Part shown: piece by piece, positions 51,252 through 60,674 of the stretch
Layout: each line of letters opens with the position of its first letter
Position numbering within the stretch: the first letter of the stretch is position 1
Made by a program: the position numbers and the translations under genes
The notes under the pieces: generated by a model
Databases searched by the model: none
What the model was told of the DNA's origin: nothing
Seen by the model: only the letters and a program-made list of their open reading frames with translations
Assembly (NCBI GenBank): GCA_021324815.1
Contig: JAJPIJ010000042.1
Span: 9,505-73,504, forward strand
Reading direction: 5' to 3'
Source: Gammaproteobacteria bacterium
GTDB lineage: Bacteria; Pseudomonadota; Gammaproteobacteria; JAJPIJ01
DNA: 64,000 nt

Positions 51252-52415
51252 ATGAAAATCATACTTGCGCCGGATTCATTCAAGGAGAATCTCACCTCAC
51301 TGGAGGTGGCCGGTGAAATCGAAAAGGGCATCCGCCGGGTGCTCCCCGGGGCCCGTTGCATCAAGGTGCCGATGGCCGACGGCGGCGAGGGGACCGTGCA
51401 GTCGATGGTGGACGCCACCGGCGGCCGGGTGGTGCGCTGCCGCGTCAAGGCACCGCTCGGCAACGTCGTGACCGCGCGCTACGGTCTGCTGGGCGGCGGC
51501 CGCACCGCGGTCATCGAAATGGCCGAGGCCTCCGGGCTGCACCTGGTGCCGCCCCGCCGGCGCAATCCACTGCTGACCAGCACCTTCGGCACGGGCCAGT
51601 TGCTGCTGGACGCGCTCAATCGAGGCGTGCGCACCATCATCATCGGCATCGGCGGTTCGGCGACCAACGACGGCGGGGCCGGCATGGCCCAGGCGCTGGG
51701 CGCACGTTTTCTCGACGCCGCGGGCCGGCCGCTGCGAGGCCCCGCCTGCGGCGGCATGCTCGACAGGATCCGGGCGCTGGATGTGAGCGGCATGGACCCG
51801 CGCCTACGCCGCGTGAAGATTCTGGTCGCCTGCGACGTGACCAACCCCTTGTACGGCCCGCGGGGCGCCTCGCATGTGTACGGCCGGCAGAAGGGGGCGA
51901 CGCCGGCGATGGCGGCGAAGCTGGATCGCAATCTCCGGCATTTCGCGCGGATCATCAAGCGCGATCTCGGCGTGGACGTGGCCCGGCGGCCCGGCGCGGG
52001 CGCCGCCGGCGGGCTGGGCGCGGGGCTCATGGCCTTCACGCGCGCGCAACTCAAACGCGGCGTGGAACTGGTGGTCAAGGCCACCCGGCTCGAGTCGCGC
52101 ATGAGGGGCGCGGATCTCGCCATCACCGGCGAGGGGCGCGTGGATTTCCAGACCGCCTTCGGCAAGACACCCGCCGGCGTGGCCGCCGCGGCGCGCCGCC
52201 ACGGCGTGCCGGTCGTCGCCATCGGCGGGGGGCTTGCGGACGACGCCCGCGGCGTGTTCGCGCACGGCATCGACGGCCTGGAGTCCGCCACGCCCGACGC
52301 CATGCCGCTCCCGGTGGCCATCCGCAAATCGCGGCAATACCTTCAAGACGCCGGCGAGCGCGTGGCGCGGCTCATTCTCATCGGTCGCAACATGCGGCGC
52401 CGGCGTGGACGGTGA
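51252..52415 (+). CDS. Glycerate kinase (GarK/GlxK family)
   Basis: MKIILAPDSFKE, ADGGEGT, GIGGSATNDGG, GAAGGLG, TGEGRVD.QT..GK. Confidence 0.95.
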   Translation: MKIILAPDSFKENLTSLEVAGEIEKGIRRVLPGARCIKVPMADGGEGTVQSMVDATGGRVVRCRVKAPLGNVVTARYGLLGGGRTAVIEMAEASGLHLVPPRRRNPLLTSTFGTGQLLLDALNRGVRTIIIGIGGSATNDGGAGMAQALGARFLDAAGRPLRGPACGGMLDRIRALDVSGMDPRLRRVKILVACDVTNPLYGPRGASHVYGRQKGATPAMAAKLDRNLRHFARIIKRDLGVDVARRPGAGAAGGLGAGLMAFTRAQLKRGVELVVKATRLESRMRGADLAITGEGRVDFQTAFGKTPAGVAAAARRHGVPVVAIGGGLADDARGVFAHGIDGLESATPDAMPLPVAIRKSRQYLQDAGERVARLILIGRNMRRRRGR

Positions 52416-52419
52416 TCCC

Positions 52420-52626
52420 ATGAACAACCGCGATCAACTCATCGATCTCATGATCACGCACAAGCTGGAGCGTCGCGACGTGGCGCAACTGGTGCATGTT
52501 CCCATCGACACCGTGCATCACTGGCTGCTGCCGATGGAAGCGCATGGCCGGGTGGAGATCCCGGACATGGCCATCGAACTGCTGAACCTCAAACTCGAAC
52601 GGCGTAGCCAGCTGCCATTAACTTAA
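52420..52626 (+). CDS. Small hypothetical protein, possible HTH
   Basis: 68 aa; RRDVAQLVHVPIDTVHHWL resembles an HTH; starts 4 nt after the glycerate kinase stop. Confidence 0.6.
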   Translation: MNNRDQLIDLMITHKLERRDVAQLVHVPIDTVHHWLLPMEAHGRVEIPDMAIELLNLKLERRSQLPLT

Positions 52627-52778
52627 GGGAACCCGGCATAAGCTGAGTTTCCTGCGGCACATGGAAGTGCCGCCGCGAGCGATGGCGCATGCCATCGCTC
52701 GCGAAGGTGCGCAAAAACCACGCTTTTTGCGCGCCGTGCGCTGAGAAGTCCAGGATGGACTTATTCAGAGCTTCCCTA
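52624..52778. mobile_element. MITE-like multi-hairpin element (155 bp)
   Basis: Imperfect 19-bp terminal inverted repeats (13/19) starting and ending in TA; four internal hairpins, one with a perfect 13-bp stem (52674-52703). Confidence 0.65.
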
Positions 52779-53690
52779 ATGGATGGTGAGGAACTGCGGC
52801 GGCAGAAAGGTGCCGTGCGCGGATAGATCGGTCAGGCGCGCGACGTTGTCGCTGATGGGCTCGATGATGACGTGACGCCGGGAGATGGAGCGGAAGTCGT
52901 TGCTCAGGGTCACGTCGCTGCCGTGCTCGCGGCCCAGCACGTTCTTGCCGGGGTGCAGCAGATAGAGGTTGCCCTGCTCATCGACCAGCCGGTAGGTCTT
53001 GCCGGCAAACAGTTTGAAGTGATGGCGGGCCAGCAGCAGGTCGACCGGCTTGCCGGCATCGAGTCGTAACAATACCGCCTGTCCGTGCGGCAGCCGCTCG
53101 AAGGGATTGTACAGTCGCGCCGGCTCCGGCGCCGGCGGCGCTTCGTAAACGGCCGTTGCCCCGGCATCGATGTCCGCCCGCCCCGCCGCGCGCGATTTCC
53201 GGCTTTCCTCCTCGACGGGCAGGTTGGTCTTGAATTCGAAGAGGTCCTGCATCAGCTCATGCCGCGCGCTCAGGTACTGCAAATACTTGGCCAGCGCGAT
53301 GCGGCGGTAGGCGTCGCGCTCGGGGCCGCCTTCCCTGAGCGTGGTGATGATTTCGCGCCAGTGGTAGTCCGTGGAGAATTGCTCGGGCTCGAGCTCCCTG
53401 AGCAGCGTGCCGGCGGCGGCCGGGTGGGCCAGGCAGGCCTTCACGACCTCGAGAAAGCGCCCCTCGACGCTTTTCAGATTGATGACCTCCTTGTACAGCA
53501 TCGCCGGCGGCTGCCGCATCCATTCCAGCAACTTGTTCACCGGCAGGTATTTGCGTCCGGCCAGCGCGAATTCGAAATCGAGCGGGCTGTGAAAACAGTA
53601 ATCACGCCCCTCGAGGGTCAGGCGCAGGCTCGCCGCCGGCCGGACCAGCCGCCACAACGTGCGTACCGCTTGACGCAGCGATTGGAACAT
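52776..53690 (-). CDS. FHA-domain protein with uncharacterised N-terminal domain
   Basis: LGR...DV.L....SISRRH.....LTDLSAHGTF FHA signature at the C-terminus. Confidence 0.8.
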   Translation of the reverse strand: MFQSLRQAVRTLWRLVRPAASLRLTLEGRDYCFHSPLDFEFALAGRKYLPVNKLLEWMRQPPAMLYKEVINLKSVEGRFLEVVKACLAHPAAAGTLLRELEPEQFSTDYHWREIITTLREGGPERDAYRRIALAKYLQYLSARHELMQDLFEFKTNLPVEEESRKSRAAGRADIDAGATAVYEAPPAPEPARLYNPFERLPHGQAVLLRLDAGKPVDLLLARHHFKLFAGKTYRLVDEQGNLYLLHPGKNVLGREHGSDVTLSNDFRSISRRHVIIEPISDNVARLTDLSAHGTFLPPQFLTIH

Positions 53691-53779
53691 GCGAGCGCGC
53701 CGCTTACTGTGCCATTCCTTTCAGGGAAAATGTAATCAATTCATGCACCCGCGTCAACTTGCTGAGAAGCCGTCCAGGT

Positions 53780-56689
53780 TCAGGATTGGGAACCCTTGAT
53801 CTCAAAAAAGCGCTTGCCGACGGCGAAGGCATCCGGCTCGAGGATGGCCTCCGATCCCGCCGGCTCCGCCGCCGCGACCGGCGCGTGATTCTTGCCCAGG
53901 TTGCGCACCAGCAGCCGCCGGCGCTCCGGCGCCAGCAATATTTGATCATAGGCGGCCAGCAGGTCCTCCTTGCTCATGCGCAACACCGCCTGGACGATCC
54001 GCTCGCGGGTGTCGAAATGATATTGCTTCAGATCGAGCTCCTTCCAGTAACGATCGGTGCGCGTCGTCAGGCTGTCGTCCTGTGTCAGGATGCGCGTGAT
54101 GACGCCCTGCTTCTGGCGCCGGAAGTCGGCGTCGCTCATGGCGGCCAGACGCGGGCGGTAGCCGCGCAGGAAGGCCTCTATGCGCTGTTCCAGCGCGCCG
54201 GCCGAGGCGTGCGGAGACTGCACGAGGAAGACCATGCCCGGCACGTCGAGGAGTGGCAGCGCGTTCGCCGACACGACGTAACCCAGTTGCTGCTCCGTGC
54301 GCAGATCGCTGTAGAAAGGCGCGCTGACCACCTGCACCAGCAGCTCCACGCGGGCGTGGCTGCCGGCGGTTTGATCGTCGCCCTGAAAATAAGCGGCCAG
54401 CGAGGAATCGGAGTGATCGATGGCCAGGTCGCGGACGTAGCGCACGCCGTCCTCCAGGCGCACGACCCGCGCGCCGGCCACCGCCACCGGCCGCGCCGGT
54501 TGCACCAGCTCCTTTTTCAAGACCGCAGCCAGCGCCCCGGCGCCGGCGCGATCCAGGTTGCCATGGGCCATGGCGATGACATAAATCCTGCCCATGAGCT
54601 CGGGAATGAAGGTGCGCAGATCGGCGGCGGTGAGCGGCTCGGCGGCCCGCATCCGCTCCTCCTCGCTCCAGGACGGGCGCACCAGCAGCTTGGAAATCTC
54701 CGCCGTGGTCTGCTCGTAGGGATCCTCGTGGCGCACGTTGGCCAGCTCGCGCAAATAGACGTCCTTGATCTCGGCAAAGCGCTCGTCGACAATCCTGGGC
54801 TCGCGCAGGGTGCGGGCAATCTGCTCAAGCAGCAGCGACTGCTTGTCGTTGTAGCCGGAGATGCGCACCGTGAAACCGCGGACATGCGGATAGATTTTGT
54901 ACGACAACCCCGCCAGCTGCGCCGGGTAGGCATATTCGTTCAATTGATCGCTGATGAGGCGCGTGTAGAGCGCGGTGAGCGCCGAGTGCGCGGCGCTGTC
55001 GTTGGCCACCGGCGAACGGACGGAAAAATAAAAATCGGCAATCGGCAGGCGGAAGGTGTCATCCTGCTTGAACCACAATTCGAATCCCGGCTGCTCGTCG
55101 ATGCGCACGGGCACCGGCGTGGCATCCGCCGCTAGCGGCAGCACGGCGGTGTTCTCGGGGATGAACGGGTTTTTCTCCGGCAGGACCAGCGCCGCGTCCA
55201 CGGAGGAGGGGCTGCGCCACGCCGACAGCTCCCGCGGCGAAAGGTGCTGCACCTGGTAGGCGGCGTGGTACCACGGATCCTCCCTGTCCGTCTTCACGCC
55301 GTGCGCCAGCACCGCGATGATGACGTTTTCCGGCGTCAGCTTGTCCAGATAGGCGCGGATCAGGGGTTCATCATAGTTCTCCATCAGATAATCCGCCCGC
55401 AGCACGTCCCGGACGGCCACCCGCTGCAGCTCCGCGGCGAGTTCAATCACCGTTTCCAGCGGCGGCGGGTTCTGTCTGAATTCAAAGCTGATATCGGCCA
55501 GCCGGGCCTGCTCCCGGTAGCGCCAGGCCTCCACGCCGTGCGCGCGCAGGAGGGCGATGTCCTGGAAGACCAGCCCCACCACGTCGTCAACGTGCTGCAA
55601 ACCCGTCTCGGTCAGTTTGATCGAGATGGCGAACGCCGATTCGGTGGTGTCGTCCACCACGGTGCCGGCGGACAATTGCTCGCCCCAGCCGCGCTTCTTG
55701 AGCAGCGACAGCAGGCTGCCCGTGCCTTCGTGGCCCAGCAGGTTGCCGATGTAGTGCAGCGGCTTCTCGCGGTAATGGCTGCGCACCGGCGGCAGGGGAA
55801 AGATCAATTGCAGCTCGCGTTCGTCCTTGACGGGCTCGATGTTGACGCGCACGGGCAGCCGCCCCGCGAGCACGGGCGGCACGTTCACCTGCCGGGGTTT
55901 GGCGTCGGTGTTGCGGACCGCGCCGAATTTTTCCGTCACCCAGCGCCTGAGCACGGGCAGCGGCTCGACGCCGAGCACCGTCAGGGTCATCAGGTTGGCG
56001 GAATAATGCTCCTGGTAGAAGCGCAGCAGTTCGTCGCGCACCGGCCGGCCGTCGCGGTCGGCCAGCGTGGCCAGGCTGCCGACCGTGAAGCGCGACATCG
56101 GATGCGCGGGGTTGAGCAGCTGCTGGAGGACGGAGTAGCTGCGCCGCTCGTCCTCCGTGATGCGCGCCTGGTATTCGGAATCCACGGCGTTTTTTTCGCG
56201 CGCGACGTATTCGGCGGTGAACAGCGGCGCGATAAAGAACTGGCTGAAGCGGTCCAGCGCCGGTTCGAGAAAGCGCTTGTCGATGTCGAAATGAAAGTTG
56301 GTCTCCTCGTAACCCGTGAAGGCGTTGTGGTTGCCGCCGTGCGCGGTGATGAAGTCCTGGTATTCGCCCGGCTGCGGATATTTTTGGGTGCCCAGAAACA
56401 GCATGTGTTCCAGGAAATGCGCCAGCCCCAGGCGATCCGCGGGATCACTGCTGCTGCCGATGCCCACCTCCAGCGCCGCCGCCGCGTGATCCGCGCCGGC
56501 ATCCGAGATGAGCAGCACCCGCATCTTGTTGGGGAGCACGAGATACTCGTATTGACGCTGGTCGTGCGGGCTCTGGACAATCGCCCCGGCCGGCGGCGCA
56601 AGGGCCCGGGCCGCGCCGCAATAATAAAGACCCACCGCCGCCGCGGCCAGGATGAGCAAACGGCGGGCAGTCATGGAGAAATCGCGCAT
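53780..56689 (-). CDS. ptrA: Pitrilysin/insulinase (M16A) periplasmic metalloprotease
   Basis: GLAHFLEHMLFLGT inverted zinc motif, NAFT, LRTEQQLGY; signal peptide; start 56689 or 56674. Confidence 0.88.
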   Translation of the reverse strand: MRDFSMTARRLLILAAAAVGLYYCGAARALAPPAGAIVQSPHDQRQYEYLVLPNKMRVLLISDAGADHAAAALEVGIGSSSDPADRLGLAHFLEHMLFLGTQKYPQPGEYQDFITAHGGNHNAFTGYEETNFHFDIDKRFLEPALDRFSQFFIAPLFTAEYVAREKNAVDSEYQARITEDERRSYSVLQQLLNPAHPMSRFTVGSLATLADRDGRPVRDELLRFYQEHYSANLMTLTVLGVEPLPVLRRWVTEKFGAVRNTDAKPRQVNVPPVLAGRLPVRVNIEPVKDERELQLIFPLPPVRSHYREKPLHYIGNLLGHEGTGSLLSLLKKRGWGEQLSAGTVVDDTTESAFAISIKLTETGLQHVDDVVGLVFQDIALLRAHGVEAWRYREQARLADISFEFRQNPPPLETVIELAAELQRVAVRDVLRADYLMENYDEPLIRAYLDKLTPENVIIAVLAHGVKTDREDPWYHAAYQVQHLSPRELSAWRSPSSVDAALVLPEKNPFIPENTAVLPLAADATPVPVRIDEQPGFELWFKQDDTFRLPIADFYFSVRSPVANDSAAHSALTALYTRLISDQLNEYAYPAQLAGLSYKIYPHVRGFTVRISGYNDKQSLLLEQIARTLREPRIVDERFAEIKDVYLRELANVRHEDPYEQTTAEISKLLVRPSWSEEERMRAAEPLTAADLRTFIPELMGRIYVIAMAHGNLDRAGAGALAAVLKKELVQPARPVAVAGARVVRLEDGVRYVRDLAIDHSDSSLAAYFQGDDQTAGSHARVELLVQVVSAPFYSDLRTEQQLGYVVSANALPLLDVPGMVFLVQSPHASAGALEQRIEAFLRGYRPRLAAMSDADFRRQKQGVITRILTQDDSLTTRTDRYWKELDLKQYHFDTRERIVQAVLRMSKEDLLAAYDQILLAPERRRLLVRNLGKNHAPVAAAEPAGSEAILEPDAFAVGKRFFEIKGSQS

Positions 56690-56773
56690 GGAGGAGTTTC
56701 TGGGACGGGTTCTGGGGTTGGACAGTCTCGCCTCACCGTGGTTCGCCCGTGATCCGGGGTTTCGCGAAGGCGG

Positions 56774-57100
56774 CTATCCGCGTCGCGTGATGGCAAGCAT
56801 GTACGGCGTCCAGGCCAGCAGCATGAGCATCCACAGCACGATCTCGATGCGGATGATGCGACGGTAACGGGCGCGGACGGCGCCCGCCGCATCCGCCATG
56901 AACACGCGGGCCATGGTGATGTCGAGCGGCAGGCTGAAGGCGAGCATGGCCATGAAGGTGGGGGCGATGACCGAGGGCCACAGATGCCATCCATGTTGCA
57001 GCCTCATGTCCGCCAGCGGCGCGCAGGCGATGACCAGCAGCGTCACGCACACCAGCAGAAATCGCAGCCAGCCGAGATCGGCGATCAGGCGTTTCAACAT
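56774..57100 (-). CDS. Hypothetical membrane protein (3 TM)
   Basis: MLKRLIADLGWLRF...; hydrophobic segments and GC-rich codon use. Confidence 0.65.
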   Translation of the reverse strand: MLKRLIADLGWLRFLLVCVTLLVIACAPLADMRLQHGWHLWPSVIAPTFMAMLAFSLPLDITMARVFMADAAGAVRARYRRIIRIEIVLWMLMLLAWTPYMLAITRRG

Positions 57101-57254
57101 GATTTGACTTGGCGCTCGGAATTTCCGTCCCGCGGGAGCGACGGCACAATCACGGTTTGTGTCAGGCGTGTAGCATAGCATTGTGCGAGAGTGGATGGTA
57201 AAGGATGAGACCGTTATGCTGTCGGTGGCGATGTCCATATCAGGAGCGTTGCGG

Positions 57255-58523
57255 TTGAAATTCTCCCTGTTTGGAGAGCGGCTCGGCGGCCGATCCGCCA
57301 TCCGCGAATTGATGGAGGACCTGGGCGCGGCGCTGGCGGGCGGCCGCGAGGTGTGCATGCTGGGCGGCGGCAATCCCGCCCACATCCCGGCGGTGGAGGA
57401 GCGGCTGCGCCGGCGCTGGCGGGAGGTGGCGGAGGACCCCGTTGCCTTTGCCCGCATGATCGGCGACTACGATGAGCCCCAGGGCGAACGCGGATTCATC
57501 GGGGCGCTGGCCGATCTGCTCCGTCGCACGCAGGGATGGCGGCTCGGCCCGCGCAACATCCTGCTGACGCACGGCAGCCAGTCGGCGTTTTTCATGCTCT
57601 TCAACCTGTTCGCCGGATCTCGGGCCGACGGCGGGCGGCGCCGTGTCTTTCTGCCGCTGACGCCGGAATATGTCGGTTACGGCGATGTCGGGGTGGAGGA
57701 GGACTTTTTGATCGCCCGGCGGCCGCAGGTGACCCTGTTGAACGAACCTTACTTCAAATACCACCTCGATCTGCACGACCTGCCGGCGGCGGAGGAGGTC
57801 GGCGCCATCTGCCTGTCGCGCCCCTCCAATCCCACCGGCAACGTGGTGACGGACGCCGAACTCGCGCAACTGCACGCGCTGGCGCGGCGCTGGGACGTGC
57901 CGTTGATTGTCGACGGCGCCTATGGCCCGCCGTTCCCGGACATCGTCTTCACCGACGCCGAGCCGCACTGGGACGAACGGATGATTCTCTGCCTGAGCCT
58001 CTCGAAACTGGGGCTGCCCGCGGCGCGCACCGGCATCATCATCGCCGCCGAGCCGATCATCGACATGCTGACCGGCATGAACGCGGTGCTGCATCTGGCC
58101 ACCGGCAGCGTGGGCGCGGCGCTGGCCCGCGACTGGGTGAGAAGCGGCGAGATTCTCACCCTGTCGCGCGAACACATACAGCCCTACTATCGCCGGCGCC
58201 TCGATCACGCCCTGCGGACGATGCAACGGGCGCTGCGGGGGTGTGCCTACCGCGTGCACCAGCCGGAGGGCGCGATTTTTCTCTGGCTGTGGTTTCCCAA
58301 CCTCCCCATCACGAGCGATGAACTGTACCGGCGGTTGAAGGCGCGCGGCGTGCTGGTATTGCCGGGACACTATTTTTTCCCCGGCCTGCCGGAGGATCCG
58401 GGCGATCCCTGGCCCCACCGCCATGAATGCATCCGGCTGACCTACGCGCAGGATGAGGCCGTGGTGGAGCGCGGAATCACCATACTGGCGGAGGAAATCA
58501 AACGTGCTTGCTCGTCGGCCTGA
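57255..58523 (+). CDS. avtA: Valine--pyruvate transaminase
   Basis: MLGGGNPAHIP, GSQSAFF.LFNLF, SRPSNPTGNV, SLSKLGLP, PEGAIFLW, HECIR; AGGAG RBS before TTG 57255. Confidence 0.92.
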   Translation: MKFSLFGERLGGRSAIRELMEDLGAALAGGREVCMLGGGNPAHIPAVEERLRRRWREVAEDPVAFARMIGDYDEPQGERGFIGALADLLRRTQGWRLGPRNILLTHGSQSAFFMLFNLFAGSRADGGRRRVFLPLTPEYVGYGDVGVEEDFLIARRPQVTLLNEPYFKYHLDLHDLPAAEEVGAICLSRPSNPTGNVVTDAELAQLHALARRWDVPLIVDGAYGPPFPDIVFTDAEPHWDERMILCLSLSKLGLPAARTGIIIAAEPIIDMLTGMNAVLHLATGSVGAALARDWVRSGEILTLSREHIQPYYRRRLDHALRTMQRALRGCAYRVHQPEGAIFLWLWFPNLPITSDELYRRLKARGVLVLPGHYFFPGLPEDPGDPWPHRHECIRLTYAQDEAVVERGITILAEEIKRACSSA

Positions 58524-58535
58524 CGGGGGGAATCC

Positions 58536-59393
58536 ATGAAACGCGTCATCAGTGGAATGAATTTGAGCGTTTACGCCATCGGCCTCGGCGCCATGCCGCT
58601 GTCACTGGAACGCCGGCCCGACGAAGCGCGGGCCCTGGAGGTGTTCCGCGCCTTCATCGACGGCGGCGGGGATTTCATCGACACCGCCAACGTCTATTGC
58701 CTCGACAACGACGACATCGGCCACAACGAGCGGCTGGTTGCACGGGCGCTCACGACGCTTGGCTGCCGCGACCGGATCACGGTGGCGACCAAGGGCGGCG
58801 TCACGCGCCCGCGCGGCGCGTGGGAGACCGACGGCCGCCCCGCCTTCATCCGCGCCTCCTGCGAGCGCAGCCTGCGCGACCTCGGCACCGACTGCATCGC
58901 GCTCTATCAATTGCACGCCGTCGACCCCAGGGTGCCGCTGGAGGACACCGTGGGCGAACTCGCGCGCCTGCAGGCGGAGGGCAAGATCCGGCACATCGGG
59001 CTCTCCAACGTGCGCGCGGCGCAACTGGAGGCGGCGCTGCGCGTGGCGCGCATCGTGTCGGTGCAGAACCGCTGCAACGTGCTGGAGCAGAGGGATTTCC
59101 GCAATGGCCTGGTGGATGTGTGCGGCCGCCTCGGCGTGACCTACATCCCGCACAGCCCGGTCGGCGGCTACTTCGGCCACCGGCAACTGGGCTCACATCC
59201 GTTGTTGCGGAAACTGGCGCAGGCGCATGATTGTTCGCCGCAGGCCGTCGCGCTGGCCTGGCTGCTCGCCCGGGGGGACCACCTCCTGCCGATCCCGGGC
59301 GCCAGCCGCCCGGAGAGCATCCGCGACAGCCTGACCGCCGTGTCCGTGGCGTTGACCGCGGAGGACATGCGCGCCCTCGACGCGCTGGGTTGA
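58536..59393 (+). CDS. Aldo/keto reductase
   Basis: DTANVY, ATKGG, SLRDLGTD.I.LYQLH, GKIRHIGLSN, PIPG. Confidence 0.92.
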   Translation: MKRVISGMNLSVYAIGLGAMPLSLERRPDEARALEVFRAFIDGGGDFIDTANVYCLDNDDIGHNERLVARALTTLGCRDRITVATKGGVTRPRGAWETDGRPAFIRASCERSLRDLGTDCIALYQLHAVDPRVPLEDTVGELARLQAEGKIRHIGLSNVRAAQLEAALRVARIVSVQNRCNVLEQRDFRNGLVDVCGRLGVTYIPHSPVGGYFGHRQLGSHPLLRKLAQAHDCSPQAVALAWLLARGDHLLPIPGASRPESIRDSLTAVSVALTAEDMRALDALG

Positions 59394-59406
59394 GTGAGTT
59401 GTAACG

Positions 59407-59531
59407 TGAAAAACGTAACGAGCGAAGGCAGAACGAGGCGCGAGTGTCCGAAAAACCGGAGTATACAAGTCAGTAAATGAGGATTTTGAGGACACGAGCA
59501 ACACTGTTATGCCGAGCGCAGTAGTTTTTCA
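59407..59531. mobile_element. ERIC-sized (125 bp) inverted-repeat element
   Basis: TGAAAAACGTAACGAGCGAAGGCA ... TGCCGAGCGCAGTAGTTTTTCA; internal arms CGAGTGTCCGAAAAA/TTTTGAGGACACGAG; AT-rich relative to flanks. Confidence 0.7.
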
Positions 59532-60674
59532 GGCGACGCGGTTGCGGCCGGCACCCTTGGCGTTGTAGAGCGCCGTGTCCGCCAGCTTCACCAGTTGCGC
59601 GGCCAGCACGCCGGTGGACTGGTCCGTCGGAAAACTGTTCAAAGTGCCGACGCCGAGGGACGCGGTCAGGGACAGGGTGGCCTGGTCCAGCAGGTTGACG
59701 GGCGCGCCGGCGATGCGCTGCCGTATGCGTTCGGCCACCTCGCGCGCGAGCTTCTCCGGCGTGCCGGACAGCAGCACGGTGAATTCCTCGCCGCCGTAGC
59801 GCGCCACGAAATCGATGCTGCGCAGCTGCTCGCGGATGCGCAGCGCCACGGTGCGCAGGACCTCGTCGCCCACCAGATGGCCGTGCTGATCGTTGATGCG
59901 CTTGAAGTGATCGATGTCGATGAACAGGCAGGAGAGCGGCTGGCGCGCGCGGCGGGCCCGCGCGATCTCCTCCGGCAGGCGCTGGTCGAAGTAACGGCGG
60001 TTGTTGATGCCGGTGAGCGGATCGATGAGGCCGAGGTGCTTGAGCTGTTCACGGTTGCAGGCGTTTTCCAGCGACAGGGCGATGACGGCGGCGATGTGTT
60101 GCAGGAAATCCGTGGCGCTGCCGGCCTCGAAGCGGTCCGCCTGCCGGCTGCCGAGATTCAGGCTGCCGAGGTATTCCTGGCCGCGCATCAGCGGCAGCAG
60201 CGCCACGCTGGCGGGCGCCGGCACGCCGGTGGTGCGGAAACAATCGGCGTGCCGCCTGGGATCATAAGGACCGAGCACGGGGATGGTCAGTCCCTCGTAG
60301 AGGGAAAGAAAATGCTGCTGGTTGTCGTGGTAGATGATCTCCAGCACCTGGCTTTCCAGCGTCCGGCTGATTTCAATCAACACGCGCTGGATCTCGAATT
60401 GCGGATCGAAAATTTCCAGGGAAACCACGTCGCAGTCGAAGCGCTCGGGGGCGTTGCGCAGCAGGCGTTCGAGCAGCGTGGGCAGATCCGCGCTGCCCAT
60501 CAATTCCAGCTCCAGCGTCTGGAATTTTTTCAGCGTGATTTCATTCTCCCGCGCCGCGGTCAGCAGCGCGTCCAGCCGCTGTTTCAGGACGGCCTCGCCG
60601 GCGGTTTCCGTGGCGGGGAGCATCGGGGGGGCGGTCACGTCTGAAAAAGGGGCCGCGGGGAAAAGCGGCGTCAA
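59529..60674 (-). CDS. DUF484/GAF-like + GGDEF diguanylate cyclase
   Basis: LNLGS...RF...ATDFL, DPLTGINNRR, DIDHFK, intact RYGGEEF with RxxD I-site, LYNAKGAGRNRV; start uncertain (60674 or 60623). Confidence 0.9.
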   Translation of the reverse strand: MTPLFPAAPFSDVTAPPMLPATETAGEAVLKQRLDALLTAARENEITLKKFQTLELELMGSADLPTLLERLLRNAPERFDCDVVSLEIFDPQFEIQRVLIEISRTLESQVLEIIYHDNQQHFLSLYEGLTIPVLGPYDPRRHADCFRTTGVPAPASVALLPLMRGQEYLGSLNLGSRQADRFEAGSATDFLQHIAAVIALSLENACNREQLKHLGLIDPLTGINNRRYFDQRLPEEIARARRARQPLSCLFIDIDHFKRINDQHGHLVGDEVLRTVALRIREQLRSIDFVARYGGEEFTVLLSGTPEKLAREVAERIRQRIAGAPVNLLDQATLSLTASLGVGTLNSFPTDQSTGVLAAQLVKLADTALYNAKGAGRNRVA

